A stretch of DNA of 64,000 bases from Mobula hypostoma (taxonomy: Eukaryota). The notes under the pieces were generated by a model. It was given only the letters and a program-made list of their open reading frames with translations, was not told the origin of the DNA and did not search any database. The translations under genes and the position numbers were made by a program. The stretch lies in assembly GCF_963921235.1 (NCBI RefSeq), contig NC_086097.1, positions 95,606,001 to 95,670,000 on the forward strand. The letters run 5' to 3'. Each line of letters begins with the position of its first letter. Position 1 is the stretch's first letter. Positions 1-12,255 of the stretch are shown here, in pieces.

Positions 1-640
1 AATTCTGTCATATTACTGTAACTGCTTCACTGGGCTCGTATGCAAACTTGGATCATTAGCGGGCTCCACTAACAGCTACGTGACTTAACAGTGAGAAGGC
101 CACCTTTCACAATCAATACACGTCTAGGATCGGAATGATCTGGGATTCAATCAAATGGGAACGCGTGATGTTCCTATTAAAGAAACCTCGATTTGAATGA
201 ATACTGTGTAAATACTGCCCTTAGGCAATTATAGGCCGCTAAGAAATGACAGATTGTACACCACATAAAATTATAGAGAGTGTATTTACAAGTTTTTCTA
301 CTATATCAAACAGTTAACAGGAAAAGAAAATAAACATAAAAGGGCCCATTACAGTTAAACCAGTCCAATGTGCACATAAAGTTAGAGCTCATCTTGAAGT
401 TGTCTTTACTCTCGTGCTGGACCCACGGTCTACGTGGAAGCACACACCACATTCCGAACTTCGCTCGAAGCCTGTCTCGAACGGATTGGCTCTCTCAGGA
501 GTATTAGCCTTTCCTCCTTGGAGCCATTCATCTGCACAAAGCACTTGGTGCAATGGGGACTTGCCTTCCAACGGCATTCTGGGGCACCTTCCCTCCTCCA
601 CAGCTCGCGCCAAGAGCCCTACTGTCTTTCAGAAACCTTA
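1..640. mobile_element. Possible LTR or other unclassified repeat fragment
   Basis: Relatively CpG-rich non-coding block ending abruptly at a Rex1 fragment; no diagnostic motif. Confidence 0.2.
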
Positions 641-644
641 GCCT

Positions 645-1025
645 CCGTAGTATCCAGGACATCTTCAAGGAGCAGTGCCTCAAAAAGGTGGCATTCATTA
701 TAACAGACCCCCATCACACAGGTCATGCCCTGTCCTCATTGCTTCTATCAGGAAAGAGCTACAGAAGCCTAAATGTACACACTCCACTTTTTAGAACAGC
801 TTCTTCCCCTCTGCCGTCTGATTTCTTAATGGACATTAAACCCATGAACACTACTTCACTAATTTTTTATCTTTACTTTTGCACTACTTATTTAACTATT
901 TAATATATGTATGCTTATTCAAGTCATTTTTTTCTATAATTATGTACTGCAATATACTGTACCGTTGCCGCAAAACAACAAATTTCACGACATATGCCAG
1001 TGATATTAAACCTGATTCTGATTCT
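645..1025 (+). mobile_element. Rex1/Babar LINE 3' end
   Basis: SIQDIFKEQCLKKVAFIITDPHHTGHALSSLLLSGKSYRSL C-terminal motif; tail attaaacctgattctgattct. Confidence 0.8.
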
Positions 1026-1350
1026 CATCCTCAGATTCTCTTTTGGGATCCAGCAATAACTTGATTTTCCCAATTTATCCGCATGTTGAAATCTCCCATG
1101 ACTAATGTAACAATGCCTTTTTGACATGCTTTTTCTGTCTCCCTCTGTAATTTGTAGACCACATCCTGGCTCCTGTTCAGGGGACTATAAGTAATTCCCA
1201 TCAGGGTCTTCTTACCCTTCCAGTTTCTTAACTCTACCCTCAAGCAGCTCTGCCATCATCCCTGCTAGTGTCCCCTTCCAATCAACTTTTGCCAGCTCCT
1301 CTCTCATGCCTCTGTAATTCCCTTTACTCCACTGTAGTACTGATACATCT
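1026..1350 (-). mobile_element. CR1 LINE endonuclease fragment
   Basis: TLMGITYSPLN...VMGDFNMRINW AP-endonuclease motifs. Confidence 0.75.
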
Positions 1351-1981
1351 GATGTAATGTTACCTGACCCATAGTTACACCTCCTGTCTCAGACTAAACG
1401 TTTAGTTCTTAACCTGAGGTGTGAAACTTCTACCAGAAATAAAATTTCCACATTGTTTCTTCCCCCTCTGAGGCACTGAAATATCTGCAGCTCTGACTAC
1501 ACCTTATCAAATGGGATTCCAAATCACTTGAAATGCAAACATTTTCTGCTTCTGAGATCCGCGTATGTCGATGCTAGTTCCATCTTAATTTCCTTTACTT
1601 ATTTATATGTTTTAATTTTTCAGGTTTTGAAAAATTCACATTAAAACTTCGGTTCATAGCTTTGTTAAATTGCTTCAGTCTTTTGATTTCGTCTGCCCCT
1701 GTTTAATTGTTTTAAGATCTCAGATTGCTGTACCATTGTCCTACTGGTTTTCTGGGCTAATGAACTTAATTTCAGAATTCTGTAAACACGCTGCCATTTA
1801 TTGCTGGCAATTTGGAGTTTTGGGAACAAATGTTCCTGATGAATTTACGAAAGTGTCTTTATATCACATAAAAATTCTATGCTTCATGATTTTTCCTCCC
1901 ACTGAGCTTGAAGCTAATTTTCTCATTGCTTCTGTATGGTTCTTGTAATGTGTATCTCATCAACCAGTGAATGATACTTGC

Positions 1982-2188
1982 CTCTGGGTTGCCATGATGA
2001 CACATGGCATCCTCTACATTAATAATGGAGAAGGCTTCTCTCAGTACTAGACTGAGAGCCCCCAAAGACATAGACATAAGCATGAGAAACATGGTCATCT
2101 CAATCTGCCCATAATGAAAACTGATGGGATCTGCTGACATTGTGCTTTTCTGTAATTCCACATCTTATTCAATATGAGATCAGGATAT
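1982..2188 (-). other. Candidate exon with GC-type donor, possibly a first coding exon
   Basis: Acceptor tacttttttcag| at 2189; donor AG|GCAAGT at 1981. ATG 2140 to 1982 is exactly 53 codons and includes the hydrophobic stretch MFLMLMSMSLGALSLVL. Confidence 0.25.
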
Positions 2189-4740
2189 CTGAAAAAAGTA
2201 CTGACTGTTAGAAAGATTCAACAGGTCTGGCATTATCTGTAAAGAGAGAAACAGAGTTAAACTATCCATGGAACCTTTTCCTGATGTATGGCAATGGTAA
2301 CGACCAGGCCCTATGGTCAATTTACACTTTGAATCTAATAGCTTAGATAGTGGCAGCTATGAGGCTGTTTGAACAGCTTCAGAGCAATCACACACCTCAA
2401 AGAGATATCACAAAAAAATAAGGAAATTGCTAATTATTACTCACTTTGTTAACTATTTTATGCTACATATTAGGAACTGCACACATCTGTTCCTCCAATC
2501 AATTAGATTGTTTTTTTCTCCTTTCAATGCCAAGATGTAGTTTGCACTTCTCAGGAGTTTCGGCTTTTGAACAGCGGCCAGTCAGAGATCAGGGTTCATA
2601 AGCCAGTGCAAATTAAAATAAGACAGGGGCAAGCAGAGCAGCATTTGTTAGAGTGGGAATTTTGAGGTTTTAGCTCTTTGATGCTTCAGTGAGGAGAGGC
2701 TTCAGTGAGAGAAGGCAAAAAGCTGTAGGTTGAATATTTTTTGGTTTATTTATTGTTCTTTCTCTTTATAATTGCACCGTCAGAGCAATAGGGATGACAG
2801 GCAGGACAGCTGAATGTTTCTCTTGTGCGATGTGGGAAGGCAGGGAGACATCCAGTGTCCCTGACGACCACACTTGTGAGAAGTGCATCCAGCTGCAGCT
2901 TCTAACACTCCGCGTTAAGGAGTTGGAGCTGGAACTGGATGAACTCCAGATCAATTGGGAGGCTGAGGGGGTGATAGATAGGACACATTGAGAGGTATTT
3001 ACACCAAAGGAGCAGGAGGTAGCAAACTGGATGACTGTCAGGAAGGGGAGAGGGTTTAAGGAGCCAGTGCAAATTACCCCCTCAACAACAGATATACCGC
3101 TTTGGGTGCTGTTAGAGGGATGATCTAGCACTTTGTCAAGCTCTGTGGCGCAGAACAGAAGGGAGAGAAGAGGCGAGCTGTAGTGATAGGGGATTCATTA
3201 GTCAGGGGAACAGACAGAAGGGTCTGTGGAAAAGAGTGGATTCCTGGATAGTCTGTTACCACCGGGGTGACAGTCTGGGGCATCTCAGATCGAGTACTCG
3301 GCATGCTTAAGTGGGAGGGTGAGCAGCCAGGGTCTAGGGTCCATTCCGTAAAGGTACTAATGACATAGGTAGGACGAGGGACGAGGTTCAGCAGAGTGAG
3401 TTCAGGGAGTTAGGTGCTAATCAAGAGACAGGACCTCCAGGGTTGTGATCTCAGGGTTGCTACCTGTACCACGTTCTAGTGAGGCCAGAAATAGGAAGAT
3501 CATACAGTTTAATACGTGGCTAAGGAGTTGGTGTAGCAGGGAGGGCATCAGATAGAGCTTTCTTCCAGGGATCTGAACAGAAGAGACAATTTGCACCTAA
3601 ACTGGAGGGGAATAAAGGCTGAGCAGAAAGGTTTGCTTGTACTGTCCGAGGGGGTGGGGTTTAAGCTAGAAATGCAGGGGGATGGGAACCAGAGTGCTGG
3701 ATCAGGTAGTAGACTAGTTATGGAGACAGATGTTGATAGGACCTCAGACAAAGTTAGGAAGCAAAATGATGAGCATGGGTAGGGCTAATGTTCTGAGCTG
3801 TGTATATTTCAATGCAAGTATTATTGTAGGAGAGGCAGATGAGATCAGGGCATGGATCAACACATGGAATTATGATATTGTAGCCATTACTGAGACTTAG
3901 TTAAGGCAGGGGCAGGACTGGCAGCTCAGTATTCTAGGGTTCCTTTGTTTTAGACCTTGTAGAGCAGGAGGGATTAAAAGGGACGGAGCAGCTTTATCAA
4001 TCAGTGAAAATGTCACAGCAGTGCTAGACAGGACAGACTGGCGAACTAGTCTCGTGAGGCTTTATGTGCAGAACGAAGAATGGTATGACCACATCAATGA
4101 GGTTGTATTATAGACCACTCAACAGTCCATTGGATTTAGAGGAACAAATTTGTATAGAGATTGCAGACTGGTGCAAGAAATGTAAAGTTTCTTTTAACTT
4201 GATTTTAACTTTCCACATATTGACTGGGACTCCCATACTATAAAAGGACTAGATAGGATAGAGTTTGTCAAGTGTGTTGAGGAGAGTTTCCTTAATCAGT
4301 ACATAGAAGTCCCAATGAGAGAGTGTGCAATACTTGATCTCCTATTAGAGAATGTGGCAGAAGTTTGTGTAGGGGAACGCTTTGCATCCAGTGATCATAA
4401 TGCCATTAGTTTCAAGGTAAATATGGAAAAAGATAGGTCTGGTCCTCAGGTTGAGATTCTAAATTGGAGAAAGGCCAATTTTGATGGTACCAGAAAGGAG
4501 CTGGCCAGAGTGGAATTGGGACAGGCTGTTTTCTGGCCTACTTGGTAAGTGGGAGGCCTTTAAAAGTGAAATGTTGAGAGCATAAAGCATGAATGTGCCG
4601 TCAAAATAAAAGGCAAGGACAACAGGTTTAGAGAACCTTGGTCTTCGAGGGATATTGCGGCCCTGGTTAAGAACAAAAGGAGGTACCCAGCAGGTTAAGG
4701 CAGGTAGGAATATAAGAAATGCAAGAAAACACTTATGAAG

Positions 4741-5540
4741 TTAAGATGGCGCTAAACGGCGACTCCTTTGCTTACATATTCAGAAACAGCCTCATTTCTA
4801 TTTTTGATATCTTTTTTTCCTTTTCAGGGTGAGGGGGTAAGACCCTGACTCTGACTTCAGTTCTTTGCGGAAATGGGACCCGCGCTCAGGGCCTCAGGAC
4901 CAGCTGCTTCTTGATATCCCAAGGACGTGGCCTGGAAGATGAGCACGCTTTCAGGGTTCCGGATGTTCATGTCTCTGGAGATGTGCTGATTCCAGGCCAG
5001 TGCCCCCGACTGAAGCGTTGCGGGAGAACGTGGAACATCGGGAGCAGCGGGTTAGCTGCCGGGGGTTGTGAGTCCAGAGAGCTGCACCTTTCTGGTGCCA
5101 ACTCTCTGGGTGCAGAGCTCGAAAAAAGCAACGCAACAGACTTTTAACATCATAAATCAGCGAGTTGTTAGTTATGTTTCCCCTCTCACTGTGAAACAGG
5201 ACTCCTCTTTTTCCCTTGTAAGGAGAGAGAGAGAGAGAGCCTGTGCTATGTTGAATTATCGAGTGAAAGTGTAGCCTTTGGGGTACTGCAAGTCTGTGTC
5301 TTTACTGATGCTTTGCTGCATGCCTGAGTGCTCATTGGAGGGTGCCGATGCTTTTTTGCTGGTGGGGCTGCTGCTTGTGTTTGGGAGGGGGAATTGGTGG
5401 GGGTTCTTTGGGGTTCTAATGTTTTAACTATCATTCATTCTTTGGGGCACTTCTCTTTTCGTGGATGTCTGCGAAGAAACAGAATCTCAGGATGTAAATT
5501 GTGTACATTTCTCTGACATTAAATCACCTGTTGAATCCTA
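4741..5540 (+). mobile_element. Non-autonomous retroposon inserted in CR1 (AAGATGGCG 5' end, Rex1-like 3' tail)
   Basis: CR1 sequence breaks at ~4740 and resumes at ~5545. The tail (gaatctcaggatgtaaattgtgtacatttctctgacattaaa) resembles that at ~19400-19475. Confidence 0.65.
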
Positions 5541-6089
5541 CTGAAAGAAGTCAAGAGCACTAAAAGAAGACATGAGCTTACTTTAGCAGGCAAGGTGAAG
5601 GAGAATCCTAAGGAATTCTACAGATATGTTAAGAGCAAAAGGATTGTAAGGGACAAAGTTGGTCCTCTGGAAAATCAGAATGGTAATATACGTGTGGAGC
5701 CTAAAGAGATGGGGGAGATCTTAAATGGAATTTTTGCATCTGTATTTACTCAGGAGCAGGACACAGTCTAGAAGTGAAGCAAAGCAGCAGCAAGGTCATT
5801 GACCCTATACAGATTACAGAGGAGGAAGAGTAGGTGATTTGTCTTGAGGCATATCAGGGTGGACAAATCCCCTGGGCCTGATTATGTGTTCCTTTGAACC
5901 CTGTGGGAGACGAGTGCAGAAAATGCAGGGGCCCTACCAGAGATATTTAAATCATCCTTAGTGACAGGTGAGGTACCAAAGGATTGGGCAATGGATAATG
6001 TTGTTCCACTGTTTAAGAACAGGGAATTATAGACTAGTGAGCCTGACATCTGTAGTGGGAAAGTTATAGGAAGGTATTCTAAGGGACTA

Positions 6090-6350
6090 TATATATATAT
6101 TTTTTTCATTCATTTGTCTGTTTGTTTGTTTCTTTATTTATTGAGACACAGTGCAGAATAGGTCCTTCTGGCCCTTCGTGCCATGCCACTCATCGATCCC
6201 CCATTTGATCCTAGCCTAATCGCAGGACAATTTACAATTAACCTATCAACTGGTACGTCTTTAGACTGTGGGAGGAAACCAGAGCACCTGTAGGAAACCC
6301 ATGTGGTCACGGGGGGGATCGTACAATCTCCTTACAGACAGCAGCGGGAT
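6090..6350 (-). mobile_element. V-SINE (HE1-like), partial, inserted in CR1
   Basis: tgtgggaggaaaccagagcacctgtaggaaacccatgtggtcacggg core; T-rich simple-repeat tail at the left end. Confidence 0.75.
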
Positions 6351-7019
6351 AGACGGGGATTGATTAGGGATAGTCAGCATGGCTTTGCGCGTGGTAGGTC
6401 GTGTCTGAACAAGCTTATAGAGTTTCTCAAGGATGTTACCAGGAAAGTTGTTGAAGGCAAGGTGGTGGATGTTGTCTACATGGACTTCAGCAAGGCATTT
6501 GACAAGGTCCCTCATGGAAGTTTGATCAAGAAAGTTCAGTTGCTTGGCATTCGAGATGAAGTGGTAAACTGGATTAGACACCGGCTTTGCGAGAGAAGCC
6601 AGAGAGTGGTAGTAGATGGTTGCCTCTCTGACTGGAGGCCTGTGAAACTAGCAGAGTGCCGCAGGAATTGGTGCTGTGTCCAGTGTTGTTTGTCAGCCAT
6701 ATCAATGATCTGGATGATAATGTGGTTCATTCGATCAGCAATTTTGCAGATGACACCAAGACTGGGGGTGTAGTATACAGTAGCGAAGGCTATCTGTGTT
6801 TGCAGCGGGATCTGGACTAAACGGGTAAAATGGGCTGGAAAATGGCAGATGAAATTTAATACAGACAAGTGCAAGGTATTTCACTTTGGTTGGACCAACC
6901 AGAGTAGGTCTCTCACAGTGTGTGGTAGGACACTGAGGAGCACAGGAGAACAAAGGGATCTGGGAATACAGGTCATTAACTCACTGAAAGTGGTGTCACA
7001 AGTAGATAGGTTCTTTAAG

Positions 7020-9261
7020 CAACACACACAAAATGCTGGAAGAACTCAGCAGGCCAGGCAGCATCTATAGAAAAGAGTCATCAAGACGTTCCCAACCTTT
7101 TTTATGCCATTGACCAATACCATGGACCCCAGGTTGGGAATTCCTGGAGTAAACCATCGATGTTTCAGGCCATGATGCTTCATCAGGACCGATGGTGAAA
7201 CCGGGAATGGGGAGGTGGTGAAGCTGGGAAGTTGGTTGGTGAAAGAGATAAAGGGCTGGAGAAGAGGGGATCTGATAGGAGAAGATAGAAGTCCTTGGAA
7301 GAAAGGGAACGGGAGAAATAGCAGAGGGAGGTGATGGCCAGGTAAGAAGGGAAGGTGTGAAAGGGAATCGGGAATGGAGAATGGTGAAGGAGAGGAGAGG
7401 AGAGGGTGTCAGTTACCGGAATTTTGTGGCAGTAGAGATGGCCGTGGATTGACATGTCAGAATGGGAATGGGAGGTAGAATTGAAATGTGTGGTGACGGG
7501 AAACATCCCGCTTTTCGTGGCAGACAGAGCAACAGTACTCGGCGAAGCGGTCTCCCAATCTACGAAGAGGCCAAACCGGGAGCACCAGACACAGTAAATG
7601 ACCCCAACAGTCTCTCAGGTGAAGTGTCTCCTCACCTGGAAGGACTGTTTGGGGCCCTGAATAGTAGTGAGGGAGGAGGTATAGGGGGATGTGTAGCAAT
7701 TGTTCCACTTGCAAGGGGATAAGTGCCAGGAGGGAGATCAGTGGGGAGGGACGAGTGGACAAGGGAGTTGCGTAGGGAGTGCTCCCTGCGGAAAGCAGAA
7801 AGTGGGGGGGGGGTGTGTGGAGGGAAAGTTGTGCTATGTTGTGAGATCCCGTTGGAGATGGTGGAAGTTACCAAGAATTACGTGCTGGGTGCAGATGGTA
7901 GGTGAGAACAAGGAAACTTGCTCCTGGTGTGGCAGCGGGAGGATGGGGTGAGGACAGATATGCACGAAATGAAAGAGATGCAACTGAGGGCAGCATTGAT
8001 GGTGGAGGATGGGAAGCCCCTTTCTGTGAAGAAGGGTATTCAGCTGTTCTGGAATGAAAGGCCTCATCCTGAGAGTAGATGCAGCAGAGACGGAGGAACT
8101 GAGAGAAGGAGATGGCATTTTCACAAGTGACAGTGTGGGAAGAGCTATAGTCCAGATAGCTGTGAGAATCAGTAGGTTTATAAAAGTTATCAGTAGATAT
8201 TCAATCTCCAGAGAAGGAGACAGAAAGGGGAGTGAGGTGTCAGAGAGGGACTGAGGGCAGGGAGGAAGTTGGAGACAAAGTTGGTGAAATTGATACACTC
8301 AGCATGCGTGCAGGAAGCAGCACCAATGCAGTCATCAATGTAGCGAAGGAAAAGTGGGGGAGTGACACCAGTGTAGGCTTGGTAGATGGACTGTTTCACG
8401 TAGCCGACAAGCAGGCAGGCATAGCTGGGATCCATGAGAGTGCCCATGGCTACACCTTCTGTTTGAAGGAAGTGATGGAGCCAAAGGAGAAATTGTTGAG
8501 GATGAGAACCAGTTCCACCAGACCCAGAAGGGTGGTGGTGTAGGGGAGCTGCTTGGGTCTGTTGTCTAGAAAGAAATGGAGAGCTTTAAGGCCTTCCTGA
8601 TGGGGGATAGGGACTGAACACCCACAGTGAAAATGAGTCGATCAGGGCCAGGGAACTTAAAGTTCAAAAAGATGGATGTGTCATGGATGTAGGTAGAAAG
8701 GGACTGAACCAAGGGGTGTAAGACCTAGTTGGGGTATGCAGACCCAAGTTCAGTGGGACAGGAGCAAGTAGAAACTATAGGTCTACCTGGATATTCAGGT
8801 TTGTGGATCTTGGGTAGGAGGTATAAATGGGAGGTACAAGGAAAAGGAACCCTGAGGTTGGTGGCAGTGGATGGGAGATCTCCAGAGTTGATGAGGTTGG
8901 TGATGGTGCAGAAGACAATGTCCTGGTGCTCCTGGGAGGGGTCTTGTTCAGGGGTTAAGTAAGAGGAAGTGTCTGAGAATTGTTGCCTGGATTCAGCAAG
9001 GTAGATGTCAGTCCACTATAGCACTCCCCTTAGTGGGTTTGATGGTGAGGTTGGGAATAGTGCGGAGTGAGTGGAGAGTAGCACATTCAGAGGGAGTGAA
9101 GTTTGATTTGGACAGAGGAGTGTAAAGCCAAGATGGTTGATGTCTTGTCGGCACTTAACAATGAAAAGTTCTAGAGCAGGCAGAAGACCAGAGCGGGGTG
9201 TCCAAGAAGAGGAGGAGGGTTGAAGATGGGAGGAGAGTCCTTGCCAAAGAAGTAGGCACAG
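7020..9261 (-). mobile_element. Penelope-like element (RT + GIY-YIG remnants) with degenerate TSD
   Basis: MGTLMDPSYACLLVG...LFLRYIDDCIG RT motifs; RRLGDRFAEY and PVTTHFNSTSHSHSDMSIHG endonuclease region. Flanks agataggttctttaag (7004-7019) and agatggttcattaag (9262-9276). Confidence 0.88.
7082..7146. mobile_element. ~65-bp hAT-type mini-MITE inside the Penelope element
   Basis: TIR-like ends gttcccaacc / ggttgggaattcctg; flanks gagtcatc / gagtaaac; related copy at 38631-38705. Confidence 0.6.
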
Positions 9262-10214
9262 AGATGGTTCATTAAGAAAGCATTTGGCACATTGGCCTTC
9301 ATAGATCAAAGTACCTGTACTGAGTACTGTTGTTGGGATGTTACGTCGAATTTGTCTAAGATGTTGGTGAGGCCTAATTTGGGGTATTGTGTGCAGTTTT
9401 GGTCACCTACGAACAGGAAAGACGTAAATAAGCTTGAAAGAGTACAGAGGAAACTTACAAGGATGTCGATGTGACTGGAGGACCTGAGTTATAGGGAAAG
9501 GTTGAATAGGTTAGGACTTTATTCCTTGGAATGTAGAAGATTGAAGGGAAATTTGATAGAGGTATGAGGGGAATATATAGGATAAATTCAAGCAGGCTTT
9601 TTCCACTGAGGTTGGGTGAGACTACAACTAGAGGTCATGGTTTAAGGGGAACATGAGGGGAAATTCCACTCCGAGAATGTGAAATGAGCTGCCAGTGTCA
9701 AGTGGTTGATGCGATTTTGATTTCAATGTTCAAGGGAAGTTTGGATACGTGCATGGAAGGGAGGGCTATGGAGGGCTATGGTCTGGGTACAGGTCAATAG
9801 GACTAGGCAGTTTAGATGGTCTGGAATGGACTGGATGGATGGGCCAAAGGGCCTGTTTCTGTGTTATAGTTTTTCTGGTTATGACTAGTATTTATTGCCA
9901 AGCCTACTTGTCCTATAAAGGTGGTTTTGAATCATTGTAGTCCCTCTGGTGACTGTTGGGGTTGGGGTTGAGGATTTAGCTCCAATGATGTTAAAGAAAC
10001 CACTATGCCATACTTCCAAATGAGGACAGTGTGGGTCTTGAAGAGGAACCTGAAGATGGATGTATTCCCACTGCACCTGCCTGTATTGTCCTCTTGGTGT
10101 TCATGGATTTAGGAGATGCCATCCACCAACAACGTTGCCTTTTGTAGATGGTACACACTGAAGCTGCAGTGCCCAGGTGGTGTGAATGCCTGGAATACCA
10201 ATTGGGCAGACATA

Positions 10215-10865
10215 TTATCATGAAGTCTCAACCTCTCCTTCTGCAGCTGCATCCTCTCCTCCCTGACCAACACACCACAATCATTAGGGGCAGTCAGCCC
10301 CACTTCTGCCAAGGTTCTGCTAAGCACTGCTCCACAAGCCCCTAGTCTGTCGCCAACTCTGCTCTCTGTTCACTTATGACTGCATGGCCAGATTCTGTTC
10401 AACAAGTTTGCAAAGAGTGGGTTCAATCTCGAATAATGACAAGCCAGAGTACAGTACAGGAAGAAGATAGGTACCATGACAACAACCTTGCCCTCAATGT
10501 CTGTAAAGCAGACGAGCTGGTCATTGACCTCAGGAAAGGACGTGGTTCACTTGCTGCTGTTCACCTGATGGTGCTAAGGTTGAGAGGGTTGGGAGCTTCA
10601 AGTACTTCAGCGTGAACATCACCAATAGCCTGCCCTGGTCAACCACATAATGTCACAGCTAAGAGAGCTCACCAACACCTCTGCTTCCTCAGGAGACTAA
10701 AGAAACTTAACATGTCCCTGTTGACCATTATCAATGCACCATCGAAAGTTATTGCTTTACCTTGTTATAGCTCAATGCACTGTGCATCTGATCTGTATGA
10801 GCAGTACGCAAGGCGGGCTTTTCATTGTAACTTGGTTCATGTGACATAAAACAACTCCAATTCAA
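10215..10865 (+). mobile_element. Rex1/Babar LINE fragment
   Basis: HDNNLALNVCKADELVIDLRK RT C-terminal motif. Confidence 0.7.
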
Positions 10866-11060
10866 ATTCCGAGCTTTCTCATTGCTGTTGGAACTACACT
10901 AATACAGGCAAGTGAAGAGTATTTCACCACACTCCTGATTTGCTCTTTGAAAATCGTGGATGAGCGCCTTCAAAGCAGCGTGTAGAATTATTCACTGTAG
11001 ATTAGTACCCAGAAGTCTTCTCCTCGACCCATAGCACCAACGTGGGTGATGCGGTTAAGT

Positions 11061-11605
11061 CAGCGGTCCCCAACCACCGGGCTGCAAAGCATGTGCTACC
11101 GGGAGAGGAAACGATATGATTTGGCGACATGAGTCAGCTGCACCTTTCCTCATTCCCTGTCACGCACTGTTGGTCTTGAAATAACCTACCAAATCATACC
11201 AAATAACACATAAAACCTAAAATAACACTAACATATAGTAAAAGCAGGAATGATGTGATAAATACACAGCTTATATAAAGTAGAAATAATGTATGTACAG
11301 TGTAGTTTCACTTAACAGAATCGGGAAGATTAAGCCAAAACCGATTTGTAGAGAAAAAAATTGGCACGTACACGTATGCGCACGTCATGTATGCACACAG
11401 GTGCCTGTGCAAGGCTTCATGGTTATGGTAGTCTTTCTCAGGGTAAACACAAGTGTCCCGTACTTGACTGCTACTTTTGTCCCTTATTTGGAAGTGAGAA
11501 AGTTGGCAACCCTACTTGAAAACCCCGCCCTCCCTGTCGGCCAGTCTGCAAGAATATTGTCAATATTAAACCGGTCCGCAGTGCAAAAGAGGTTGGGAAC
11601 CCCTG
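11061..11605 (+). mobile_element. hAT (Charlie-like) MITE
   Basis: TIRs CAGCGGTCCCCAACC / GGTTGGGAACCCCTG; 8-bp TSD ggttaagt / agttaagt; ends shared with 42462-43641. Confidence 0.9.
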
Positions 11606-11989
11606 AGTTAAGTTTCTGATCCAAGTGATACCTAAAATTTAGAAGGTGGTGGGGATGGGGGGTCTTGGCAATGACAATACTATTAAACATCAAGATTGTT
11701 AGACTCTGTCTGTTGGGGAATGTACATTGCCTGGCACTTGTGTAGCACAAATACTATTGCTATTTATCTGCCCAACCAATACTATTGCCTTGATTTTGAA
11801 ATGTACAGAAAAGGCTATTTCTTTTCTAAAGAGCTGTGAATGGAGTTGAAAATTGTGTCTTTATAGTTGGCAACAGCTTACAGGTCGGAAAAAAAACTTG
11901 CATATTCTGGGAATGATGATTTCTTCACCCCAGACTTGTGATTTTATCATCCCTCCTGAAGGTTAGTGAACCATCAGCCATCAATTTAC

Positions 11990-12255
11990 ACCAATCTTAC
12001 ATCAATCCCATTACTTCATTTTCATCGCATTCTCTTCAACTCTCTCTACACTTCACCCCCCACCCCCTACTGAATCTACCATTCACCTCACACTAGCAGC
12101 AATTCACAGTGACCAGTTAATTTGCAGATGGAGAGAAGCTGGAGAAACCAAGCTAAACACATGGGTTCACAGGGAGAACATGACTACTCCACCCGAGGTC
12201 AGAATTGAACCCCTGGGTCTGAGGAGCTGTGAGGTAGTGGGTCTGTTATGCCACC
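11990..12255 (-). mobile_element. Degraded V-SINE
   Basis: cacagggagaacatgactactcc core and reverse tRNA-like head. Confidence 0.55.

Larger units (their letters stand above)
2570..9875 (+). mobile_element. Near full-length degenerate CR1 LINE (ORF1 zinc finger/coiled coil + GDSL esterase; ORF2 endonuclease + RT) interrupted by three insertions
   Basis: ORF1 CFSCAMWE...CEKCIQLQLL..RVKELELELDEL (2794-2991), VIGDSLVRG (~3180), LHLNWRG (~3590). EN YFNAS and SDHNAI. RT SQHGFARGRSCL, VYMDFSKAFDKVPH, YCVQFWSP. CR1 3' tail at ~9840-9875. Confidence 0.9.
9890..11850 (-). mobile_element. Old degraded LINE (CR1/L2-group) 3' portion, split by Rex1 and hAT insertions
   Basis: atttattgcc... reverse tail motif related to tails near 16930-17000, 35650-35870 and 58030-58100; highly diverged. 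Confidence 0.45.
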
